Assembly: GCA_017410325.1 (NCBI GenBank)
Contig: JAFQRA010000034.1
Location: 64,188 to 128,187, forward strand
Length of the DNA: 64,000 nt
Direction of reading: 5' to 3'
Origin: Clostridia bacterium
GTDB taxonomy: Bacteria; Bacillota; Clostridia; Oscillospirales; Acutalibacteraceae
Shown one piece after another: positions 18,238-27,833 of the stretch (positions are counted from its first letter, which is position 1; the number at the start of each line of letters is the position of its first letter). The position numbers and the translations under genes were made by a program. Below the pieces are notes generated by a model that had not been told where the DNA came from, did not search any database, and saw only the letters and a list, made by a program, of their open reading frames with translations.

Positions 18238-19632
18238 ATGGGAGAAAAAAGAGAGTTCAGCGAATACGCCAAAAGTTCGCTTATCCGAATCAGCAAATTT
18301 GCTCACATTCTGCTGAATGTATTTTTGCAGGCCGTGTGTCTGTATTACTATAACACCGAGCACAATAACAGCGATGTCGGTTCAAGGCGCTTTGCGCTGT
18401 TCGTGGTGCTTTATACGGCTGTGCTGTGCTTTTCGCTGCGTACCTACCGCGCCTACAGCTTCGGTATGAGCCGCGTTACGATGCTGGTTTATTCCCAGTC
18501 GCTTTCCGTGCTGATTGCGGGAGCCTCGTTCTACATTGTGTTCGTCATTGCCAATTCAACGGTGTTTACGCCCGTTCCGCTCATTATTCTGCTGGCCGTG
18601 CAGTTTCTGTGCAATATGGCGTGCACCGTGCTTATCAACAAGCTCTATTTTGCGCTTAACAAGCCCCGTAAGGCCACCGTGTTTTATACGGGTCAGGCTG
18701 AGCTTATAAGGCTTAGCGACATTGCCGAAAGAAGAAAGAACTTTGATCTGAGCGGCATTTACGAGGTGGGGCAGGACAGCTTTGAGGACATTCTTCCCAA
18801 GCTTGCGGGCAGTGAGGTTGTGCTTGTTGCAGGGCTTTCCTCCGAGCTTCGCAATGCAATTCTCCAGTACTGCCTCGAAAGCGGCAAACAGTGCTACGCT
18901 CTGCCGTGTACGGGCGATATAATTATGATGGGCGCAAGGCATATGGATATGTTCAGCGTACCCGTTTTCTCGGTTTCAAGGGCAACGCTCAAAATTGAGT
19001 ATGCCGTAATAAAGCGTGCGCTCGATATATTCTGCTCGCTTGCCGGAATAATTGTGCTCAGCCCCGTAATGCTCGTTACCGCACTTGCAATAGCGCTTTA
19101 CGACAGGGGCCCCGTGCTTTACCGTCAGACCCGTCTGACCCGCGGCGGCAAGGAATTCGAAATACTCAAATTCCGCAGTATGCGTGTTGACGCGGAAAAC
19201 GACGGCGTAGCCCGTCTGGCAACGGATAACGATGACCGTATAACACCTGTCGGCAAGGTTATAAGGGCCTGCCGTGTGGACGAGCTTCCGCAGCTTTTCA
19301 ACATTCTCAAGGGCGATATGACTGTTGTCGGCCCCAGGCCCGAACGCCCGGAAATTGCCCGGCAGTACGAACAGGTGCTGCCCGAATTCAACCTGAGGCT
19401 TCAGGTAAAGGCAGGTCTTACCGGATTTGCACAGGTTTACGGCAGGTATAACACCGAGCCGCGTGACAAGCTGCAAATGGATCTTATGTATATAAACCGT
19501 ATGTCCCTCGCGCAGGATTTGAAGCTGATTTTTGCAACCGTGAAAATCCTTTTCTTAAAGGAAAGCACGCACGGCACAGCCGAGGGTCAGACAACCGCAA
19601 TGGCGGAAAATAAAGATACCACTACGGTATAA
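18238..19632 (+). CDS. polyprenyl-phosphate sugar phosphotransferase (WbaP/EpsL-type priming enzyme)
   Basis: Bacterial sugar transferase domain (KRALDIFCSLAGIIVLSPV...LYRQTRLTRGGKEFEILKFRSM...DELPQLFNILKGDMTVVGPRPE). The start is ambiguous between GTG 18232, TTG 18235 and ATG 18238; ATG is chosen here. Confidence 0.88.
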   Translation: MGEKREFSEYAKSSLIRISKFAHILLNVFLQAVCLYYYNTEHNNSDVGSRRFALFVVLYTAVLCFSLRTYRAYSFGMSRVTMLVYSQSLSVLIAGASFYIVFVIANSTVFTPVPLIILLAVQFLCNMACTVLINKLYFALNKPRKATVFYTGQAELIRLSDIAERRKNFDLSGIYEVGQDSFEDILPKLAGSEVVLVAGLSSELRNAILQYCLESGKQCYALPCTGDIIMMGARHMDMFSVPVFSVSRATLKIEYAVIKRALDIFCSLAGIIVLSPVMLVTALAIALYDRGPVLYRQTRLTRGGKEFEILKFRSMRVDAENDGVARLATDNDDRITPVGKVIRACRVDELPQLFNILKGDMTVVGPRPERPEIARQYEQVLPEFNLRLQVKAGLTGFAQVYGRYNTEPRDKLQMDLMYINRMSLAQDLKLIFATVKILFLKESTHGTAEGQTTAMAENKDTTTV

Positions 19633-19645
19633 GAGGTAAAACGCA

Positions 19646-20959
19646 ATGAATCTCTATGAAAGAATAGTCAGCGGCGAAGAAAAAATATCCGTTATAGGTC
19701 TGGGCTACGTCGGTATGCCCATTGCCGTTGCTTTTGCCAAAAAGGCAAAGGTAATCGGCTATGACCTGAACGATAAAAAAATAGAGCTTTACAAAAGCGG
19801 CGTTGACCCGACCTGCGAGGTGGGTGATGAGGCCATACGTACGACAAGCGTTGAATTTACCGCAGACGAAACAAAGCTGCGCGAGGCGAAATTTCACATT
19901 GTCGCCGTGCCGACACCCGTCAATGCCGAGCACCTGCCCGACCTTTCACCTGTTGAGGGTGCTGCCCGTATTCTCGGCAGAAATCTCACGAGGGGCAGTG
20001 TGGTTGTGTTTGAGTCAACGGTATACCCCGGTGTGACGGAGGATGTCTGCGTGCCGATTCTCGAAAAGGAATCGGGACTTAAGTGCGGAGAAGATTTTAA
20101 AATCGGCTATTCGCCCGAAAGAATTAACCCGGGCGACAAGGTGCACCGCCTTGAAACCATAGTAAAAATCGTTTCGGGTATGGATGAGGAAACGCTTGAC
20201 ACCGTTGCCAAGGTATACGAGCTCGTCGTTGAAGCAGGGGTGCACCGTGCGGAAAGCATCAAGGTTGCCGAGGCCGCAAAGGTTATCGAAAACAGCCAGC
20301 GCGACATAAATATTGCCTTTATGAACGAGCTTTCCATTATCTTCAACGGTATGGGCATCGACACGAAGGCCGTGCTTGAGGCAGCAGGCACGAAGTGGAA
20401 TTTCCTCAAATTTTCGCCCGGACTTGTAGGCGGACACTGCATAGGCGTTGACCCGTATTACCTCACCTATAAAGCAGAGCAGACGGGCTACCGCAGTCAG
20501 GTAATTCTGGCAGGCCGAAGAATAAACAACGGTATGGGCAAATACGTTGCCGAAAACGCCGTTAAAAAGCTGATTTCCTCGGGTGTCAGCGTGGAGGGCG
20601 CAAGGGTTGCCGTGCTCGGTTTCACCTTCAAGGAAAACTGTCCCGACACACGCAACACGCGCATTATCGATATTATACACGAGCTTAACGAATTCGGTAT
20701 CAAGCCGCTTGTTTCGGACTGCGTTGCCGATGCCGACGAGGCAAAGCAACACTACGGAATTGATTTCGTTGACATTGCCGATATCAGGGATATGGACGTT
20801 GTGATTATCGCCGTAGGCCACGATGCTTTCAAAAGCTTTACACGCAAGGACGTGGATGCTTTGTTCAGGGCTGACGGCAAAAAGGTGCTCATTGACGTCA
20901 AGGGTATATTCGACAAAAAGGAATACACTCAGGCCGGCTATATCTATTGGAGGCTGTAA
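19646..20959 (+). CDS. NDP-N-acetylhexosamine 6-dehydrogenase (TviB/WbpO/CapL-like)
   Basis: 437 aa with Rossmann fold ISVIGLGYVGMPIA and catalytic-Cys region LVGGHCIGVDPYYL. UDP-glucose/GDP-mannose dehydrogenase family. Confidence 0.8.
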   Translation: MNLYERIVSGEEKISVIGLGYVGMPIAVAFAKKAKVIGYDLNDKKIELYKSGVDPTCEVGDEAIRTTSVEFTADETKLREAKFHIVAVPTPVNAEHLPDLSPVEGAARILGRNLTRGSVVVFESTVYPGVTEDVCVPILEKESGLKCGEDFKIGYSPERINPGDKVHRLETIVKIVSGMDEETLDTVAKVYELVVEAGVHRAESIKVAEAAKVIENSQRDINIAFMNELSIIFNGMGIDTKAVLEAAGTKWNFLKFSPGLVGGHCIGVDPYYLTYKAEQTGYRSQVILAGRRINNGMGKYVAENAVKKLISSGVSVEGARVAVLGFTFKENCPDTRNTRIIDIIHELNEFGIKPLVSDCVADADEAKQHYGIDFVDIADIRDMDVVIIAVGHDAFKSFTRKDVDALFRADGKKVLIDVKGIFDKKEYTQAGYIYWRL

Positions 20960-20972
20960 AAAAACAGCCCTG

Positions 20973-21905
20973 TCAAACAGAGCTGTCGTTTTTGTGGGCT
21001 TTAAGCTTTTTGAAAATTTTAAGTGCTTCTTTAACGAAATCAACGGGTGAGGTAAGCACGGTTTTTATCGCCTCGGCAAGCATATTGCCGTATTTGCCCG
21101 TGCGCTTATAGCCTGCGGCAAGCACGGCGTGGTATCGGAAGCGGACGAAGCGCTGTTCAGCCTTTGAAAGCTTCGGGAAAAACTGTTGCTTGAACGCGAA
21201 AAGCTCTTTTTCGCCCGCAATTTTGTTTTCTCCGCCCGAAATACCTCCATCGGGGTGACGGTAGGCTTTAACGTGGCATTCGGGCATATATCTGATTTTC
21301 AGCCCCGCAAGAATTGCCTTGAGCATAAGGTGAAATTCCTGTCCTACCTTGACTGAATTAAAGCCGCCGATTTCTCTGAGCTTATCTGCCTTGAACATAA
21401 AGGTCGGTGTGCCCGTAAGGTGGCGTGTCAGGTGGTAGCGCAGCAGGTAACTGTTGCCAAAGCTTTCTATTGCGGTATATTCCCTGTAATCTACCATAGT
21501 GCCTTCCGCAGAATAGAGTGCAAGGTCGGTAAAGCTTACGTCACAGTCGTTCTCAAGCATAAATGCGAGCTGCTTTTCAATCTTTGCGGGCAGGTATTCG
21601 TCATCGTCGTCAAGGAAGGTTATGTATTCGCCCGAGGCAATATCTATACCGCGGTTTCTCGTAAGAGCGCCGTTCAGATTTTTCTCGTTTTGAAGATATA
21701 TCACGTTATCTCTGCCAAGGCTGTCAAAATACGCTTTCGTTTCGTGCTGCTTTTCGTAGGCAGAGGTGCTGTCATCAATTACTATTATTTCCACATTGGG
21801 GTAGGTCTGGCTTAAAACGGAATCTACCGCCCGTGAAAGGTATTCAACCGTGCGCCTGTAGGTCGGTATTACAACAGAAACCAAAGGCAGGTCGTTGGTT
21901 TGCAT
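20973..21905 (-). CDS. family 2 glycosyltransferase
   Basis: VSVVIPTYRR...VEIIVIDDST...FLDDDD, GT-A fold motifs. Confidence 0.85.
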   Translation of the reverse strand: MQTNDLPLVSVVIPTYRRTVEYLSRAVDSVLSQTYPNVEIIVIDDSTSAYEKQHETKAYFDSLGRDNVIYLQNEKNLNGALTRNRGIDIASGEYITFLDDDDEYLPAKIEKQLAFMLENDCDVSFTDLALYSAEGTMVDYREYTAIESFGNSYLLRYHLTRHLTGTPTFMFKADKLREIGGFNSVKVGQEFHLMLKAILAGLKIRYMPECHVKAYRHPDGGISGGENKIAGEKELFAFKQQFFPKLSKAEQRFVRFRYHAVLAAGYKRTGKYGNMLAEAIKTVLTSPVDFVKEALKIFKKLKAHKNDSSV

Positions 21906-22008
21906 ATAAACACTCCCGTTGCAGAATTTATAAATTAGGCTTATAAATTATTATATCACAGTTTGTCCTTGTTGACAAGTGAACAAAAATGTTAGGTGGT
22001 CTTTGAAT

Positions 22009-23253
22009 ATGGTCAGAATTAAAGGAACCGATTCAATATTCGGCGAGATAACGCTCAGCGGTGCCAAAAATGCGGCACTGCCGCTGGTTGTCGGCGCCTG
22101 CCTTTGCAGTGAACCCGTAACGCTTCACAATATGCCCGTTGAGCTCAACGACCTTAAGGTTATGATGGGCGTGCTTCGGGATATCGGCTTTAATATTGAA
22201 ATCAACGGCCACTCCGTAACCGTTTCACGGGGCGGAGAAATAAAGAGCGAGGTGCCGCAAGAGGCCTCGGAAATACGCTATTCGCTTCTTCTTCTGCCGC
22301 TTCTGCTCACGCTTACGGGCAGGGTCAGCAATCCTATGCCGGGCGGCTGTAACCTCGGCGACAGAAAGTATGACATCCACCTTGAAACCCTGCGCAGGCT
22401 CGGCGCCGATATTGTTGAGGAGGAATACTGCATTTCGGGTCAGGCCGATAAAAGGCTTTCGGGTGCGGATTTGCTTTTCCGTATTGCCACTACGAGCGGA
22501 AGCGAGGGCGCAATTATTGCCGCTGCCCTTGCCGAGGGTAAAACGTCAATCCGTAACGCCAACACACGCCCCGAGGTAATAGACCTTATAGATTTCCTCA
22601 ACGCAATGGGGGCGGACATTACCTACAGCACCCGTTATATTGAAATCAACGGCGTAAGCTCTCTTCACGGCGGCGAATACACCGTGCTCAAGGACAGCCA
22701 CGAGGCAGTTTCGTATATGATTCTGGCAACGCTTATGCGTTCCGAAATTGTGATAAAGGATTTTGATACAAGGTTTATACGTGAGGACGTTGCCCTTCTT
22801 AAAGCGATAGGTGCAGACGTTTTTGAGTGGGGCGGTAACGTTTACCTTTCCGCAAAGGGTAAAAGCTTAAAGCCCTTTTCAATGGCAACTTCGCCTTATC
22901 CCGGAATAAATTCCGATATGCAGCCCCTGCTTGCGGCTCTTGCCTGCACGATTGAAGGCGAGTCGATTATTACCGACACGAGGTTTACCGAGCGCTTCCA
23001 GTATGTTGACGAATTCAAGAAGTTCGGTGCCGATATCGTGAATTATCAGAACTGCGCCATAATCCACGGCGGCAAAAGGTTAAACGGTACCGACGTGTGG
23101 GCAACGGATCTGCGTGCGGGTGCGGCGCTTACTTTTCTGGGCGTATGGGCTCAGGGCGAAACAAGAATTGACAACTACTACCAGACCCGGAGAGGTTATG
23201 TGAATATTATAGAAAAGCTCCGCGGTTTAGGTGCCGAAATATCTGAGATATAA
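22009..23253 (+). CDS. divergent MurA-family enolpyruvyl transferase paralog
   Basis: SGAKNAALP, PGGCNLGDRKYDIH (Cys loop), SPYPGINSDMQP and DLRAGAAL correspond to MurA K22, C115/R120, D305 and R397 regions, but the rest is divergent. I place the start at the ATG 9 nt after AGGTGG. Confidence 0.75.
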   Translation: MVRIKGTDSIFGEITLSGAKNAALPLVVGACLCSEPVTLHNMPVELNDLKVMMGVLRDIGFNIEINGHSVTVSRGGEIKSEVPQEASEIRYSLLLLPLLLTLTGRVSNPMPGGCNLGDRKYDIHLETLRRLGADIVEEEYCISGQADKRLSGADLLFRIATTSGSEGAIIAAALAEGKTSIRNANTRPEVIDLIDFLNAMGADITYSTRYIEINGVSSLHGGEYTVLKDSHEAVSYMILATLMRSEIVIKDFDTRFIREDVALLKAIGADVFEWGGNVYLSAKGKSLKPFSMATSPYPGINSDMQPLLAALACTIEGESIITDTRFTERFQYVDEFKKFGADIVNYQNCAIIHGGKRLNGTDVWATDLRAGAALTFLGVWAQGETRIDNYYQTRRGYVNIIEKLRGLGAEISEI

Positions 23254-23274
23254 AGTACAAAGGAGATTTGTGCA

Positions 23275-24489
23275 ATGAAAATTGCTGTTGCAGGTACAGG
23301 CTATGTGGGCTTGTCCGTTGCTACGCTTCTGGCACAGTACAATGATGTGACTGCGGTTGATATAATACCCGAAAGGGTGGAGATGATTAACAGCCGCCGT
23401 TCACCTATTCAGGACGAGTATATAGAAAAATTCTTTGCCGAAAAGCCGCTCAGGCTTACGGCTACGCTTGATGCGGATAAGGCGTACAAAGATGCCCAAA
23501 TGGTTATAATTGCCGCACCGACAAATTACGACGATGAGCTCAATCATTTTGATACCTCTGCGGTGGAGAGCGTAATAAGCCGGATTATTGCTGTAAATCC
23601 CGATGCGATAACGGTAATCAAATCCACGGTTCCCGTGGGCTTTACCCAAAGCATAAGAGAAAAAACGGGCTGTAAGAATATCCTGTTCAGCCCCGAATTC
23701 CTTCGCGAGTCGAAGGCTCTTTACGACAACCTTTACCCCAGCCGCATTATAGTCGGCACGGATACGAAGGACGAAGCCCTGCTTTCTGCCGCCGAAGTCT
23801 TTGCGGGCCTTTTACAGCAGGCGGCGCTAAAGTCCGATATTGATACTCTCTTTATGGGCTTTGCCGAGGCAGAGGCGGTCAAGCTTTTTGCCAACACCTA
23901 CCTTGCGCTAAGGGTCAGCTATTTCAACGAGCTGGACACCTATTCCGAAATCAAGGGCCTTGACACACGCCAGATTATTGAGGGTGTCTGCCTTGACCCC
24001 AGAATAGGCAGTCACTACAATAACCCCTCCTTCGGCTACGGCGGCTACTGTCTGCCCAAGGACACAAAGCAGCTGCTTGCCAACTATGAGAACGTACCCG
24101 AAAATATGATAACCGCCATTGTAGAGGCGAACAAAACCCGAAAGAGCTTCATTGCCCGCCAGGTGCTCAAAACGGCAGGCTACTCTTCCTCGCCCGATGC
24201 ACGGTTACCCGTTATAGGCGTATACAGGCTGACTATGAAGGCTGGCAGCGACAATTTCAGGGAGTCCTCCGTGCAGGGCGTTATCCGCAACATCAGGAGC
24301 CGCGGTGCAGAGGTTATAATTTATGAGCCGACACTCAAGGAAGGCTCGCTTTTCAACGGCTGTACCGTTGTAAACGATTTTGAAAAATTTGCTGAGCAAA
24401 GCGATGCCATACTTGCCAACCGCTACGACAGCCGCCTTGACTGCTGTGCGGACAAAGTATATACACGCGATTTGTTCAGAAGAGACTGA
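23275..24489 (+). CDS. ugd: UDP-glucose 6-dehydrogenase
   Basis: 404 aa. [24 protein letters not shown] catalytic Cys motif. Confidence 0.88.
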   Translation: MKIAVAGTGYVGLSVATLLAQYNDVTAVDIIPERVEMINSRRSPIQDEYIEKFFAEKPLRLTATLDADKAYKDAQMVIIAAPTNYDDELNHFDTSAVESVISRIIAVNPDAITVIKSTVPVGFTQSIREKTGCKNILFSPEFLRESKALYDNLYPSRIIVGTDTKDEALLSAAEVFAGLLQQAALKSDIDTLFMGFAEAEAVKLFANTYLALRVSYFNELDTYSEIKGLDTRQIIEGVCLDPRIGSHYNNPSFGYGGYCLPKDTKQLLANYENVPENMITAIVEANKTRKSFIARQVLKTAGYSSSPDARLPVIGVYRLTMKAGSDNFRESSVQGVIRNIRSRGAEVIIYEPTLKEGSLFNGCTVVNDFEKFAEQSDAILANRYDSRLDCCADKVYTRDLFRRD

Positions 24490-24504
24490 CAGAGGCTTTG
24501 ACTT

Positions 24505-25440
24505 ATGGGTAATATTAAAGATTATATAAGAATTGCAAGAATTGACCACTGGATAAAACAGCTTTTTATTTTCCCCGGTATGGTTTTTGCATTCTTCCTC
24601 GTGGACGGTATATCCGTAAAGGAAAGGCTGATTGAAATAATTCTTGCCTTTGTTGCAACCTCGTTTATTGCTTCGGCAAACTACGTTATAAACGAGTGGC
24701 TTGATGCAAAGTTCGACAAATTCCACCCCACCAAAAAATCACGACCCGTGGTTTCGGGCAACGTAAAGCTTGCAGGCGTGATTATTGAATACGCGGTTTT
24801 CACCGTCATCGGTCTGCTTGCGGCATGGTTTGTTTCAAAGCTTGCTTTTCTTATGGAGCTGTGGCTGTGGGTTATGGGCATACTCTACAACGTAAAGCCC
24901 TTCAGAACAAAGGAAATCCCGTACATAGACGTGCTTTCCGAATCGCTCAACAACGCAATACGCCTGCTCATAGGCTGGTTTACCGTTACAAGCAGCTTTA
25001 TGCCGCCCGTCAGTATCGTTTTCGGCTACTGGATGGCAGGCGCCTTCCTTATGGCTACAAAGCGCTACTCCGAATACCGTATGATAGCCGACAAAACTAT
25101 AGCCTCGGACTACAGAAAGTCGTTTAAGTATTACACTGAAAAATCGTTGCTGATTTCCTCCTTCTTTTATGCTCTGCTTTCCGTTTTCTTCTGCGGCGTG
25201 TTTATGGTCAAGTACCGTGCGGAGCTTATTGTGGATATTCCGCTTATCTGCGGCCTTTTCTGTCTGTATTTCAGCATTTCCTTCAAGGAAAATTCAAGTG
25301 CACAGAAGCCCGAAAAGCTTTTCAAGGAAAAAACGCTTGTGCTTTATCTGCTTGTGCTTTTCGTCATTACCTGCGTACTTCTGGTTGTCGATATACCTGC
25401 ACTTCACTTTATTATGAACAATGAGATTATAAGCATTTGA
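24505..25440 (+). CDS. UbiA-family prenyltransferase, decaprenyl-phosphate phosphoribosyltransferase-like
   Basis: 311-aa polytopic protein. Its first Asp-rich motif NEWLDAKFDKFHPTKKSRPVVSG resembles the ND..D...D..HP.K..RP motif of DPPR synthase (recalled from memory). Confidence 0.7.
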   Translation: MGNIKDYIRIARIDHWIKQLFIFPGMVFAFFLVDGISVKERLIEIILAFVATSFIASANYVINEWLDAKFDKFHPTKKSRPVVSGNVKLAGVIIEYAVFTVIGLLAAWFVSKLAFLMELWLWVMGILYNVKPFRTKEIPYIDVLSESLNNAIRLLIGWFTVTSSFMPPVSIVFGYWMAGAFLMATKRYSEYRMIADKTIASDYRKSFKYYTEKSLLISSFFYALLSVFFCGVFMVKYRAELIVDIPLICGLFCLYFSISFKENSSAQKPEKLFKEKTLVLYLLVLFVITCVLLVVDIPALHFIMNNEIISI

Positions 25441-25454
25441 CAAAGGTGATTAAT

Positions 25455-26669
25455 TTGAAAAAGAACACCCTTGAAAATAAAAGCCCCGTACTGCTTATTG
25501 CAGCTATGCTGCTTTGTGCGGCCGTGTGCGCGGTTTTGTTTGTGTACCTGGACGGCTACACGGCTTATGACGTAAAGGGGCACTGGAAAATATGCCGTTA
25601 CACCCTTGAGGGCTTGAACCCCTATCCGCTTATCGGTCAGCCTGCGGCAATTGAAAGCATCGGCGCAATTCCTGCGGCGTTTTCAACTGTGCCGTGGAGC
25701 TGTGTTTTCGGCAGCGCTTTTTATGCGGGCTTTCTGCCGCTTGAGGCTGCAAGAGCTTATGTGTTTGTTATGCACTTCGTTGCCGTTGCGGTATTACTGC
25801 TTGTAATTTACAACAAATACAAGGGCGTTTTATCAAAAAAACAGCTTGCCGTGCTGCTGCTTGTACCTCCCGTGCATTTCAGCTTTATGTATTCGCTTCA
25901 TTTCGGCAATGCCGGCGGAATTATCTGCTGTATGCTGATGACAGCTTTTTTAATCGGCAAAAAGCACTCTTATATTGCGGGCGTGCTTCTCGGCTTTGCA
26001 ATGATGAAGCCGCAGATAGCAGCAATTATTTGCCTGGTTTTCCTGTTCGAAAAGCGCTTTAAAACGCTGTTTACTGCGGCGGGTATCGTTATTGCGGGCT
26101 GGGCGGCAACAAGTCTCGCAACAGCCGTAAACCCGATTGACCTATTAAAGTACACTCTTGAGAGTGGCACTGCCGCAAGCACGCAGTACCTCGGCCTGCT
26201 CAATAACCTGAAATATTTCGGTGTCAGCTCCACGCTCATTCTGCTGATGAATGTTGCAATCGGCTGTGTATACACACTGGGCTTGTATATTTATTTAAAG
26301 AAAAGGGCAAGAGTGGATTCGGTTTTCATTTTTGTGCCTGCCTGTATAGCCTCCGTTTTCTGGATTTACAAAAACGGTACGGACTATATGATTCTCGCCT
26401 TTGCGGCGGCGTTTTTCTGCCTGCTTTGTATGAGCAAAAAGCTGACCGCGGCGGATTTTTTTGCTTCGCTTTTCTCGGTTGCGTGGCTGCAGATGAGCCG
26501 TTGCGCAGTATATCTCGGCGTAACGTTTTTTGAGGATAATTATTTTGCAAGAGATCTGTTCAAGAGTGCTGACGGACTTATAATTGCAATTGTCGGCATT
26601 TATCTTTGCAGGCTGTGGGTAAAATACGGCGGCGAAGAGCTTGTAATTAAACTTAAACAGGGGAAATAA
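25455..26669 (+). CDS. polytopic membrane protein, possible GT-C-fold (GT87/DUF2029-like) glycosyltransferase
   Basis: About 400 aa with 10 or more hydrophobic segments and an early loop with an acidic residue (LDGYTAYDVKGHW...GLNPYP). The start is uncertain: TTG 25437 overlaps the ubiA stop, while TTG 25455 follows AAAGGTG. Confidence 0.45.
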   Translation: MKKNTLENKSPVLLIAAMLLCAAVCAVLFVYLDGYTAYDVKGHWKICRYTLEGLNPYPLIGQPAAIESIGAIPAAFSTVPWSCVFGSAFYAGFLPLEAARAYVFVMHFVAVAVLLLVIYNKYKGVLSKKQLAVLLLVPPVHFSFMYSLHFGNAGGIICCMLMTAFLIGKKHSYIAGVLLGFAMMKPQIAAIICLVFLFEKRFKTLFTAAGIVIAGWAATSLATAVNPIDLLKYTLESGTAASTQYLGLLNNLKYFGVSSTLILLMNVAIGCVYTLGLYIYLKKRARVDSVFIFVPACIASVFWIYKNGTDYMILAFAAAFFCLLCMSKKLTAADFFASLFSVAWLQMSRCAVYLGVTFFEDNYFARDLFKSADGLIIAIVGIYLCRLWVKYGGEELVIKLKQGK

Positions 26670-26672
26670 AAA

Positions 26673-27833
26673 ATGAAAAAGATTGACTGGAAAACCTGCT
26701 TTCGGGTAGGCGTGAGCGCGTTCGTGCTGTTTTTGTGCATACATTACTGGCCCAATATTTCTGGCTTTATCGGCAAGTGCTTTACTGCCGCCGCACCTGT
26801 TTTTACGGGCTTTGTAATGGCTTATATCATAAATATTCTTATGAGCTTTTACGAACGCCACTTTTTCCCGAATTCGAAAAAGAAGTCGGTTGCAAAAAGC
26901 CGCCGTCCCGTTTCGCTGACGGGTGCCATTCTTACGGTTATCGGCGTTATTGCTCTCGTAATTGTTCTTATTGCACCTCAGCTTGTCAACTGTATCGAAA
27001 TGCTTGTTAACCAGCTGCCCGGAGCGATTGAAAAGCTCATTGCCAAGCTCAACGGGCTGAGCTTTGTTTCCGACGAGCTTATTGCAAGCCTTGCCTCAAT
27101 CGACTGGAAGTCAAGAATAGGCGACATTGCGCAGACTCTTTTTTCCGGTGTCGGTGACGTTATGAACGTTGCGGTTTCCGCAGTTTCAAGCATTTTTACG
27201 GGCATTATGGCTTTCGTTATCGGCTTCATTGTTGCTCTTTATCTGCTTATGGATAAGGACAAGCTCGGCGGTCAGTGCAAGCGTGTTATGAACAGCTGGG
27301 TACCGGGGCGTTTCCTTGAAAAGGTTATGCACGTTGTCTGTGTTGCGGATGACTGCTTCCGCCGCTTCATAGTCGGTCAGTGTACCGAGGCGGTAATTCT
27401 CGGCTCGCTTTGTATGGTGGGTATGCTTATTCTCAGGCTGCCCTATGCGCCTATGGTCGGTGCGCTGATTGCCTTTACCGCGCTTATTCCCATTGTCGGC
27501 GGCCTCATCGGTGCGGGTGTCGGTGCCTTCCTCATACTTATGGTGTCACCAGTAAAGGCGCTCATTTTTATAATTTTCATAATTGTACTTCAGCAGATTG
27601 AAGGCAACCTCATTTACCCGAAGGTTGTCGGCTCGTCAATGGGCCTGCCTGCGCTCTGGGTGCTTGCCGCTGTAACCGTAGGCGGCGGTGTGCTGGGCAT
27701 AGGCGGTATGCTGATAGGCGTGCCCATGGCGGCTGTTGTTTACCGACTGATTAAAGAAAGCCTTAACGAAAAAGAAAGCGCCGTTGCGGCGCAGGCTGAA
27801 CAGGAAGTTGTTTGCAGTGAACAGACTGAGTGA
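26673..27833 (+). CDS. AI-2E (PerM/UPF0118) family transporter
   Basis: 386-aa polytopic protein with the characteristic QQIEGNLIYPKVVGSSMGLP motif. Confidence 0.8.
   Translation: MKKIDWKTCFRVGVSAFVLFLCIHYWPNISGFIGKCFTAAAPVFTGFVMAYIINILMSFYERHFFPNSKKKSVAKSRRPVSLTGAILTVIGVIALVIVLIAPQLVNCIEMLVNQLPGAIEKLIAKLNGLSFVSDELIASLASIDWKSRIGDIAQTLFSGVGDVMNVAVSAVSSIFTGIMAFVIGFIVALYLLMDKDKLGGQCKRVMNSWVPGRFLEKVMHVVCVADDCFRRFIVGQCTEAVILGSLCMVGMLILRLPYAPMVGALIAFTALIPIVGGLIGAGVGAFLILMVSPVKALIFIIFIIVLQQIEGNLIYPKVVGSSMGLPALWVLAAVTVGGGVLGIGGMLIGVPMAAVVYRLIKESLNEKESAVAAQAEQEVVCSEQTE

Noticed and set aside
20015-21043. 342-aa ORF antisense to the NDP-sugar dehydrogenase
   Set aside because: It is a shadow ORF. The plus-strand product has clear Rossmann and catalytic-Cys motifs, and the antisense product has none.
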